A stretch of 64,000 bases of DNA from Bugula neritina. Its lineage: Eukaryota > Animalia > Bryozoa. Under the pieces are notes generated by a model. That model worked only from the letters and a program-made list of their open reading frames with translations, was not told the origin of the DNA and did not search any database. Positions 28,101-40,100 of this stretch are shown here, piece after piece; the stretch's first letter is position 1, and each line of letters begins with the position of its first letter. Location of the stretch: assembly GCA_964035545.1 (NCBI GenBank), contig OZ037772.1, positions 8,611,150 to 8,675,149 of the forward strand, given 5' to 3'. Both the position numbers and the translations under genes were made by a program.

Positions 28101-31100
28101 TCATTTACTGATTGAGTTACATAATGATCAAATGATTCATTAACTTTTTCACTCACTCACTTACTCACTCACTCACCTGCTCACTTACTCACTCACTCAC
28201 CCATTCATTTATCCCATCACCTACTAGCTAACAAGTTCCCGCATGAACTACCTGTAACTAGTAACTAGCCACCACTTCTGTATTCTGCAGGGACTTGGAG
28301 AACGACTCCCGTATGATAATGAATGTATCCCCAGAGACTCATCACAGGCAAGCAGACGGCAAGGCGTTTGAAGACACTGACAGCATGAAGTCTACCGGCT
28401 CCCACTCTAGCAGCAACACCGATCATATCAACAACAACATATTAGCAAATGGTAATTTCCACCATCCTCCAAATAGCTGTTATATTCTGGTAGTTCCCGG
28501 TGATGTTGTTCTACTTTGTGTTAATTTTATCATAGCATCCGATTGAACTATCCTATTTTATTAATAAATTTCACAATTAGGAATATTCATGCATGTTACT
28601 AGACAATACTTGGTATCTCAGTTTAGTTTTTATTAGAATATCCTATTTTATCATTTAATTGCACAATTTAAAGTTGCCCACACATGTTATTTTGTATCTC
28701 GATTTAGTTTTTATTAGCATGAGTCATACATTCTGTCAGACTGAATACAAATGAAATATCCTTCTAGAAAAGTCTCCGGAGGATCAGCTGGCACACATGT
28801 GGAGTCACATGATACACGACTGGCAGAACGTCATCAAGAAGAAGCAGCAGTCCGTCAAGGTGAGTCATGACGTCATGGTGCAGACGTCACGAAGGTTTAG
28901 TCACAATGACTTGAGGTAAGCTTTTAGGCAGCCGTCAGGGAAGGGCAGAAGTAGCTTTTGACGTGACAGTGACGCTATGAACTGATGGTTTTTCTGGCAT
29001 CGCTGAAGACTTTGAGGAGGAAGGGGGTGCTCAACCATCCCAGCACAAAGTAGATCACTAGACTAAGGCTACCTGTATATTTATCTTAGTATATTTCATA
29101 TTATATTATACTCATATATGTTATATAAGTATTATATTGTAATATAAAATATACTAGAATAATACAAAATATCATATTTATTTCTGTATTATTATCGTAT
29201 ATTTCATATTACAATATATAATAGGAATATTAAATGTAGTGATTCATAATTCAGTAATGTAATATTTTATGTTTTCTTACTATGTTATGGTCTGATGTTT
29301 TATTATTTTATAATTCAACAGATTGCATTAAGTTATTAGTTTTATAGATTTCTCAATAACTTGACTATCATAATAATTATTTTATTGAAATATCTTTAAA
29401 ATTCTATAAGAGAAGCGCAATAATTAAAAATAGATAATAAAAATAGTAAGTATCTATAGAATTAATATATTAAAGAACAAAGTATTGTATAGTATGTATA
29501 GTATTACAAGTGTTAGAGTTGTGTCCCCTCTGTTCTCCAGGAGTTGGTATACAAAGGAGTTCCTCACCAACTGAGGTGTCTGGCATGGCAATACCTGTGT
29601 GGGGCTGAAAACTCAACCTTCAAACAGAAGTACAGTGCCTACCTGAAACAGGTTAGTACTTACCTTAAATATGTCAGTACTTACCTTATATATGTCAGTA
29701 TTTGCCCTAAACAGGCCAGTATTTACTTTAAATATGTCTGTACTTACTTTAAATAGGTTAGTACTTACCTTAAATTAGGTCAACAGTTACCCTGAGCAGG
29801 TCAGTATAAATTCTAAATAGGTCAGCTGTATTTTGAAAGGGTTGAAATTTTAATTTAAATCAATTAATAATAAATAACGCTGAGATTTCGTGGTACAGTT
29901 CAAAACTGTTGCATTTTTAATATTCTTAAATCTTAATAATCGATACACATCTGTCATTCCTATTTCGTTAAATTTGATGTGAGATAGTAGAGAGTTGGAA
30001 AGTTTCTTAAATTATTATACAGTTAATAGGGGAATATTGTTTTTAGTTTAGCAAAACATTATAAGCATTTTTAGCTGATATCTCTATTTGATTTTTCAGT
30101 CTCCTTTTAGATGACGAGTGCCACCTAGACGTGCCACAAATGTGTAGTAGACTAAAACCTAAAATATAATCACCAATTAAAACACTTGCAAAACAACTAT
30201 TGGCTTTTGTTTTTTAGTTTATTCCGGATGCATTTATGGTTTAGAGTGAAATTAGTCTGCGTTGTGATCAGTTTTAAGCCATGTGTGGTGAGTCATGTTA
30301 GAGAGGAAGTGATGTCATACTATCTGTATTTGCAGACGTCAGCTTGTGAGAAGGTGATACGAAGAGACATAGCTCGGACATATCCAGAACACAAGTTTTT
30401 TATGGAGAAAGACGGGCAGGGCCAAGAAAGCCTCTTCAATGTCATGAAGGTGAATAGTTGTGGAACCCACACTAATTAAATATCTCTGGAGTATTTCGAC
30501 TGAATTGTTCCTAAGCAGCTCTGAGTTGGGGGCGACTAAGCACAATAGTTTTGGTCTCTCGAGTTTGAAGTTGGTGATTTAGGTTAGAACCTAAACCCCC
30601 AACTTCAAACTCGAGAACCCTAAACTACTGCACTCAGTCACCCCCAACTCAGAGCTGCTTATAAAACCGTGCTTCCAATAGGTTCTGTCGTTTTTATAAT
30701 GTCAAGTTCTCTTTGAGCTGCCGAAGATGTACTTTGTAGCACTTTCTAGTAGGTTCTATGAGTTCAAGGTCACCTATGTCTCACATTGCAGGCGTACTCA
30801 CTGCACGACAGAGAGGTTGGCTACTGTCAAGGGAGTGGATTCATAGTGGGGTTGTTGCTGATGCTAATGCCAGAAGAGGAGACCTTCTCAGTCTTCATAC
30901 AGATCATGATGGAGTATAAGATGAGAAACCTATTTAAACCTGGCATGGCTGAGCTCGGCTCATGCATGTACCAGCTGGAATATCTCATCCAGGTGGGTGT
31001 CGGTACGCTGAGTAGTGTATGTACCAGCTGGAATATCTCATCCAGGTGGGTGTCGGTACGCTGAGTAGTGTATGTACCAGCTGGAATATCTCATCCAGGT

Positions 31101-34100
31101 GGGTGTCTGTACGCTGACTCGTGGAATACTGCTAGTAACCGCATTGTTGATGGCAAAACATTTGATGGTGCATTTATACCTTCACGATTTTCAATCAAAA
31201 ATTCAATTTGGCCGAGTTGAGAAGTAGTATTGCTTTGTAAAAGCCACTCGGCTAATTTCACAATAGTCGTAGAGAATAGTCACTTGTTATAGATATCAGC
31301 ATTCAGTTACAACTTTGTTGATTATATGACTCACTTAAAATCATTAAATAAAGTTGCGGTGAGTCAAGTAAAAACTTAATCTTTTCAGCTACACTTTCTC
31401 AGTTTTCGATTTTCTGCAATCAACTTTACAGATACGTTTTCAAAGGTCATCAAATAGTAATTAAGAGAGTTATATTTTACTATAAAAAAAGTAATTTTCC
31501 ACCTCAAAATAATTTTAACAAGTTTCAGTAAACTCAAACTCAGAACTTTTTTCAGCGAAGGTGCAAACGCAATTTGGGTGGGAAATAGCTTTTAGTTTGA
31601 CCTCCATGAAGGTTACTGTCAGTATAAGGGGATCAACCATCTAGTAAGCCCTTGTTGAGAATCTTAGTTTGAGATAGTTTGTAGCCCGTTACCTCCCACC
31701 CTACCTAAAGCAGATTATTTAGTTTATGAATGTTTGAGTTCTTATGCTAAAATTATTGACTAGATAAATGCTGGTTTCAGTATTACATTATTTATATTTT
31801 ATTTTTATTAACTAATTGATTATTAATTACAAAATGAAGATAATAATTAGGATTTTCAATAACAGTAGAATTTTATTTGTTTTTTCTTTTATGTTGCTCC
31901 ATCAAACAGTTTGTATTATGATGTTATATTAGTCCAAAAAAGAAGACAAACATAAAAATAGTCAATATTCTATTTGTTTCTGTTTCTATTTCAGTGTCAT
32001 TCTCCCCCGCTGTACCAGCACTTCCAGGCTCAGAGTTTCCACACGAGCATGTACGCTAGCAGCTGGTTCCTCACTCTCTTCACCACTCAACTGCCTCTCC
32101 ACGTCTGCTTCCGTATTATGGATATCTTCCTGTTTGAGGTACGTGTTCTCCGGGTATCATAATACAGTTCTGTAGACTTAGTTCCTTAGATTATAATACA
32201 GCTCAGTAGACTTAGTTCCATAGATTATGTAGTTCAGCTTTGTAAACTTAGTTTGGAGTTTTGACTTTTTTTTGGTTTGCTGGATTTATTTACACCTTAT
32301 AAATTATTGAAGTTGTAAATTATAAATCTTCCGCAGAAGGTCACGACCCCAACCTTGGATTGTAGCTTACAGAAATATTTGTAAATTATGATTTAAAAAA
32401 AATTAATAAACGCTGCTGTCCTATATTTCCATAACTACATGTTACCATGACTACATGTCGCCATGGCTGCTTGTTTCCGTGGCTACTTGTTGCTATGACT
32501 ACGTGTTGTTATGACTACACGTTGCCATGACTACACGTTGCCATGACTACAATGACTACATGTTTACAGGGTATGGAGATTGTGTTCAGAATAGGAGTTG
32601 CCCTCCTCCTGCAGGGAGAAGCTGATCTTCTGTGTATGGACATGGAGGGCATGTTAATGGTGAGTAGTTGGGGGGGTGTCAGCTGCCCGTATAAAATATA
32701 AGAGTAGGAACTCTACAAGCACTTTTGATTCTCCCTTGCATTATACACCTTGTAATATATTATGTAATGTGGAAAGGTGAAAAAAAATGTTATTACGTCA
32801 CAGCGTTATATTTTACACTCAAAATACACATAAATTTTCTCTTTTCTAGAGTTTATATTTGCTGGTGCATTTTCAGTTAATCTTGAGTTATTCCAACGAA
32901 TACCTTGAAATGCTTCCATATTAATGCAACACTGTTATTACTCTAGATATCAATGATTAACTAGTAACATGGTGGTAGCTTTAGATATCAATGCTAGACA
33001 TTAGACACTGTTCTAGATATCAATGCATGGAAACTGTTGTTACTATGCTTTCAGTACTTCCAAGATAAAGTCTCGGAAATGTACGACAGTGAAGAGGCGG
33101 TAAACAGTCTGATGGACACGGCTACTCACAAGGTCAAGTACAATGCCAAGAGAATGAGAAGGTGAGTTCCCTACCCCAACCTTTCTTTCTTGGCCGCAAT
33201 AGAAATCAGGCTATTTGTTTGGGAAGATAACTCCAGGCTGGCCTGTGATACTTCAACAACTTTCTGTTGACGGATAGCTTAGCTGGTGTTTCCATTCCTC
33301 TAGTAAAGGTGTTGCTTTCAAATGAGGAGACTTGCAGGTGTTATCTTCTACTGTTGAGTTTTTAGAAAGGCTTCAGCATGATTTCCAATGAGAATGGCAA
33401 ATTGAGAGTAGACAAATCCCAAACCCCTTTTCAGACTATAATTTCAACAAAAACCTAAAGAGCCACTAGATGACTGAAATACTCAATAGTAGACAACTTT
33501 TCAGCTCTCTTGCACTTCTTTACTCGTTGAACGCTTTCTTTAGCTTCAGATTTCCCTAGTTACTTGAGTTATATCACTATTAGCTAACATTTGAGTTGAG
33601 AGAGGAAAATTCCTGTGTTCATCCCTTCTTTACAAATATCCCTTTCTACTCTATAAACTCCAGCAGTGATGAGTTAGATTCAGACAATACAGTGACTACT
33701 CAAACCCTCTCCTTTTACTGCTCGCTCCTGCGAGTTACTTTGAGTACAATTAAATGTTACTATAAGCCTAGATGTGATGTGGTGATTCTCTGATATTTAA
33801 TATTCAACAGTTCAAAGAGTTTCTGTTGTTGAACTGTGTGTCGCCTTTCACACCAGGCACTGGGTGCGGTAACCAAGAAAGCTCAAGCTCTTAAATTATG
33901 AGTTTTGGTTTGGGACGCGGATTTGAATTGATGCTAAGTTTGCTAAGTTGTGTTGTTTAGACACAGGCTTTTCCCACCTCAATGTGAGGTAGGTGTAGTA
34001 ATGGAGAAATTGAGAAAAGCCTGTGCTCTAGATTAGACTTGTAGCAAAGAAGTTGTGTTCTTGTGGGAATTTCAACCCGCGCCCGAACCAAAATTTAATA

Positions 34101-37100
34101 GCAGAATTAAAGAACTGAGGTTATCTCAATTTCTCCACTACTACTGCTAAATGCCATCACTACACGACCTCATCTTCAACTTAACCTTCACTGGTTATTT
34201 ATCTCAATAGCCGCCCAACAAAGATACAGATCTGCTCCACTTTATTGTTTACAACTTAACCTTTGACCTGGCATGGATCACTGCCAGATACACTAATAAG
34301 CCTAATTCTTACAGCACGTTTTCAGCTAATTAGGGTTGGGTGTTGATGGGCGATTGTCCAATATAAATATTCCCAGGCTCAATGCATGTTACATTACTTA
34401 TTAGCCCAAATTTCCAACTACTTTTATGTATCGGGTAGTACTAGAGCCTTCGTTCTTTTATTACTCATAGATTTACAGGCTAGTCATGATTACAATATCG
34501 CATTCATTCAACACTAGAAAGGCAGCAGTGATAATAGTAGTTGTACTAGTAGTTACTGTAATATTAGTACTAGTAGTGTGTTATATACTGTAATATTAGT
34601 ATTAGTAGTTAGGCTACATTATAATATTACTAGTAGTTGTAGTTGGACTATATTATTACTATTAGTATTATAGTTATATTAGTACTAGACTACTACTACT
34701 GGTACTAGTAGAACTTTACTAATCCGACTGTACTGACTGTTACTAGTCTAGACTGTACTGTAATATTTGTATTACTACTACTAGTAGTTCATTACTATTA
34801 CTCTGTACTCTAACATTAGTGCTAGTAGTTAAGTATAGGCTGTACTATTTCTTGTAATACTAATAGTAGTACCAGTAATAATAATATACTTATAGTTATA
34901 ACTTATAGTGGACTATCACTATACTCTATAGTAATACTAATAGTGCTAGTAGTCAAGTACTCGAAATCAGTTCACTATATGCTATAATACTAGTAGTTTA
35001 GTCCTGAGTTGACTATTTCTTATACTAATAGTGTTAGTAATGGTAGTTGTAGGCTGTTGGTAGTAGTGGCAATAACTGCAAGCGAGATAGAATAGCTTTA
35101 GAGTTGTGTTCTCCTTCAAGTAACTTGGCATACTCACATATAGTTATTAGTTATACGTTATATTGGTAATTGATCAACAAACAAGTGCATTAGCTGAGCC
35201 CTGGTAATGCAATTTCTTAGTGTGTAACTACCAGTATATGAATCAGACTGATGTGTAATATTCCCTAGCCTGTGCTCCAACTGTCTCACGCTATATTGAT
35301 AACTCATAGTGTTTTTCTAAGCTATATTTAGGATCAGAAGCTATGCTGTTTAATTCCCATCAATACAACTACATTACTGTTACTACTTATTATACTACTG
35401 ATATATATGCTAGTTAGAGTTAAACTATCTTTAACTACTAGTAGTTGTACTGTTCAACTATTACTGCTAGGAGTAGTTGTACTGTTTTTAACTGTTACTG
35501 TTAGTTGAGAGAACTCATATTAGTTTCACTCTGAGAGATATTTCAAATAGTTGAGGTATATTCCAAGTATATAGTAGATATACTGTATGTGTAACTTCAA
35601 TAGGCTTCTGAATACGTTTGGTTACCCATCTGTTAATCTATTTCCCGTTTCTATGACAACAAAGGGTCAAGGGCAAATATGCTGAGTTTTTTCAAATCAT
35701 CTGGAAGGTAAGCCTACTTGCTTTAAACTAGTATTAGCGTATGTAGTTTACAACCTAGACCTGTCTCTATATAATTCTGTCTGCTGAATACAGCAACACA
35801 TTTGTTTTGTAGCTTAAGTTTTACACATTTGTTATAGTGTGTGTATAGGGAGTTGTCTTTCCTCTCTATTTAAACTGTGGTATCAGTTGCGGTCACTGTC
35901 GGCCCAAATTACAACTTCCTCTTTGCATAGTTACATCTTTGTTACCATGGTTACAATAATTCTTTTTCAAATAGTAGTAGTTCTCTAATCTATTTCCCTA
36001 GTGTTGAATTGGGTTGGGGGCTGAGAGAGAGTTCGTACTGCAAATAATTCAGACAAAATGTTCAGTAGGAACATTCCTTGATAGAAAGAACTGCACTTCA
36101 CGATTAAACAAACACAATGTTGTCTTGGATATAGATGAAGCCCAGTACACTTGTTGACAGTGGTGGATGCAGGAGTAACATCACCCTTTGTGTATTTATT
36201 CATGAACACATCTCCAATGTTAGTGACTTCACAATTAGGCTTAAAGGTCGTAGATTAAAAATTGTTGCTTCTCCACTAAAGTAAAGTAAGTGTGTTGTTT
36301 TGATGTAGGCAACCCCTTTCGTCTTGCATGACAACTTCATCCACTCCTTCCATTGAAACTAAGGCAGTATCACTTGCAACAATAGATTGCCTTCTTGTCA
36401 CTGCATCTCATTGCTTACATTTCAAACAGCTATATAATGTTGATACACTAACTGCACTGCACTGTTCCCACACTCCTGTCTCAGTGTGGAGTATATCGTA
36501 TGCAACATTTGCAAATACAACGCAATTAGCTCAACCCAGCTGCGATTTATGGATTAATATTGGATATGGTACTGCAGTCCTAAAGGAAGTGTTCGTACTG
36601 AGTGACAAGTGTTCACAACTCCAGTTCTACTCTGCCTAGGACTGAATAGTTTCGAGTTGTGAGTAATTCTCTCTTCACTGAAGTCTTTTAACTAGCGACT
36701 GACTACAGGATTAACTCGGCAAGCTTAGTGTCGGCCATCTTGTTCAGTAGTCATGGATACCGACTGCGTGAAACTGTACAAGAATAACAACAATACGAAG
36801 ATATCACCTTCAAACTTCAATTTGTCTGTTGATTCGTCTTACACCAATGATAAATCTCGGACCACTACTTTTAATGACGAATCAACCAATCAAGGTCTCT
36901 CTCTTATAATGTTCAATGGTGTTGGCTCTGATGACGAGTAAGTTTTCAGTAGCTTCTTTTTGTGGTGAATTACTTTTCATTTCAATAACTGTTGCAAAGT
37001 AAAGTTTCATTGATATATTTATAGCGTCTTGTTTATATTGATTTTGTAAGCTTTTACTTTTTGCTGTCAAAGTAACTCGTTTGGTCTGCTCCACAACCCC

Positions 37101-40100
37101 CCCCCCCCACTCTGAGAACCATATCTGGTTGAAAACAAAGCTCTGAGCCGTGTTGATATATTCTACAATTATATCTATCAATTGGTATGAAGCATAAAAG
37201 TTGGAATTTTTTCTGTGATCTAGCTGTTTTCTTTGTATTAGAAAGTTTGAAAGGTTAGTGAATCAATCTCAACCAAGAAATATATATGAACATCCCTAAA
37301 ATGTGCTAAATACTGAAATTGTAAGAAAGTGTTGGGTGGATGCATTGAATGAAGGTAAATCTTTCATTTTTAGGCTCAACTTTACAGTAACTACAAAGGG
37401 GTGGATTGAAATTTGTTATAAATACAAAGGGGTGGATTGAATTGAATTATGCAATGAAGGGCATGGTGTGTATTGAAAGAACTTTTTCAGGCCCTGGATT
37501 CTGAAACTTCTATAGAATTCTTTTCAATTCCAAAAAAACTGTGGCAGAATAATAAGTTGTGAGAATAATTACCTGCGCGCTATGCATTGTGGGAATTGCT
37601 TTATTTCTGCTCACTTCCTTTAGCCACGCCTACTACTAGTGTTTGATCTAACCTATCCTTCATATTCACAAAAATTGTACTCAAAAGTCAAATTGTATTC
37701 TGCTATCCAAGAGGCAAATTCTATTTAGAAAATAAACAATAATGTGCAATTTATTAATACCTAGTCTCACGGTTTTCACAATTGTTCTCTATTTTTTCAT
37801 TCATGGTTTCCTTTCTTTCACACGGACACAAGTCATGTGACAGAAAACTATAAGATACAGTATAGTAGCAGCTTTATTGAACAACACTCTATGCCCAGTG
37901 GAGTAGCATGTAACTGCATTTACATGTAGTGTCCTTTTTAAACACTCAGATGCGAATATAAAGTTGTATCTTTTCCAGAAAGTTCTTGCTGCAGCTTCTA
38001 GCTTGTCTGATTTGCTCTAATATTGTGGTTTGATTTTTCGCCTTTTGGAGTTATTCTCTTTATATTTATATAAATTAGCTATTTCCTTATTCTATGGTAT
38101 TGTTTCATTTTCTCTGGTGTTGTTTTTCTACTATTAGGTTGGAGTTATTTCTCTTTTAATTTTGTCAGTTTTATTAGATACAGTTCCCTTTCAATTTCCT
38201 TTTTTTATAATTTTTATTTTCTCTTCAATTCTTAAGAGAAACATACTAGGCAAAACTGGCGACATTTTAGGAAGAAATATTTTTCACTAGGTCCTAAATA
38301 TGTGTAATCTATAGAATTTCCGGCTGTTTCTTAAAATTACATTGATTTATTTATTCCTTTCATTTTGAAAAATGGTGATTCATCATGACACAGTATTGCA
38401 TTACCCAATATAAATATGCATCGTCATTATAATATACTTGGAAATTTTAGCCGAACTCTTTTTGCTAATCTCGAAAAGTTGGCATCGAAATGTTCCACTC
38501 AACTTTTGATTCACTTACTGTATTGGTAACTTATGGTGTTGACTATTTTGTGTAGTTTGCGGTCTGTGTTGAGGTTGTTTTCACCTTACATATTCACTCT
38601 CTAGCGATAAGGAGTTATCTGTTCTCCTGTGTAGAGTTGTCTTCACAATGAGGTAGACTGTCTAAAAACTTTGACAACACAGTCTAGAGTAGTGAGATTA
38701 TTGGCTATAACAACGTATCCCGTGTTGGCAGCTACATGAGCAGGTCCATCAAGTTCAAGGTCATTGTAGTACGACATTTGACCTTCGGGTGTGATTTCAG
38801 TTAGCCTGTTGTTGACAGTGTCACACACTAGTAGGTTATTGCTGGGGTTCGTGCATACTCCTCCGAAATAATCTAGAAATATGATAATTTAGGGAATATA
38901 AAGAATTCTAACACAAGGAGCGGATAACTCTTACTTAATACGCTCGAAATGTATCTTCAGTCAAAAATATGTTAGATTTTTTCTTTCTATCAAATTAATT
39001 GCATATTTTATGATTACTAGTTGTGAATTGGAACGGATATTTGCGCACAAACAAGTTTGTATTGTATTCTTTTTTACATACTGTTGGCCATGTCTTCTAT
39101 CACTCTCTGGTACTTCGGGAAGGGGCGCCCTAGCTTACGTCTCCACAGAAATGTTCCATCTAGCTGAGTGCACACGATTTGTCTTCTTTTTCGATCCGAT
39201 ATGTATAACCTGTCTGGTCCACAGGCTATTGACCACATGGATTTTAGGCTATTCTCTTCTGTCTATACAAAACATCCAATTACCTATATTATATTTTTAT
39301 TAATATTTGTGATATTGCCAAACCATTTATATTTATTAGTTTTTTAATTTCAAATATTTCAGTTCTTTTACTCCAAAACTAAACCATCAAACTAGTATAA
39401 AATATTTTACTTGATATTAAAGATCATTAACCAATCATGACGCTAGTAATTGGGTCACTCTCACCTTCCTCGCTATCATGGAGTTACCATGCTCATGTAA
39501 CTTCCACACCTGCTTCTGTTTAATGTCAGTGTATATCAGTTGTTTGTCCACAGTAGCACATAACCCCCACACCTTGGGCCCCGGTTTCCTTACACTCAGG
39601 GGCACTTGGAAGTCCTCTATGGTGTAGGTGTGTATGCTGTCGTCTGTTGAGGTGTGTATTCTGCCGTCGCTGCCGGTTGCTATCTGCCGGAAACATCGCC
39701 CTACAAGAATATTGTTAATCAATTCTTTCTTGGCGCTTTATCATATTTATTTTATCACGAATACACTCTTTTAGTTAAAAAATCTCAAGCTAGTTTATAG
39801 TCACTATTCCCGTAGAGCTCCTGACGGTAAAGTTTTTTTAAACTATTTGAGGACTTGGTTTCCATTGTGACAAAGGAGCATTTTATGACTGGATGCTCTT
39901 CCTAACATCACCAATGGCCTTTACTAGAATTCAAATCCATGATTTTGTTTTTACTAAGGTAAAGCTGTAGCCCCTAGACCACCGCTGATCCCTACACTCA
40001 TTTATTTAACATGTCCTGTAAAATTTTGTAATTTAACTCTCTCCTTTTTCTTTCACAAATATACTATTTGACTTAAGAAGGCTGGAGATACTAAAACAGT

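Noticed and set aside
30966-31117. Regularly spaced repeats suggestive of a CRISPR array
   Set aside because: Eukaryotic context, no unique spacers and no cas genes; these are simple tandem duplications.
36309-36639. 103-aa ORF in phase with EVI5 exon 33161 as an alternative terminal exon
   Set aside because: Weak acceptor, composition unlike the other exons and no further support.
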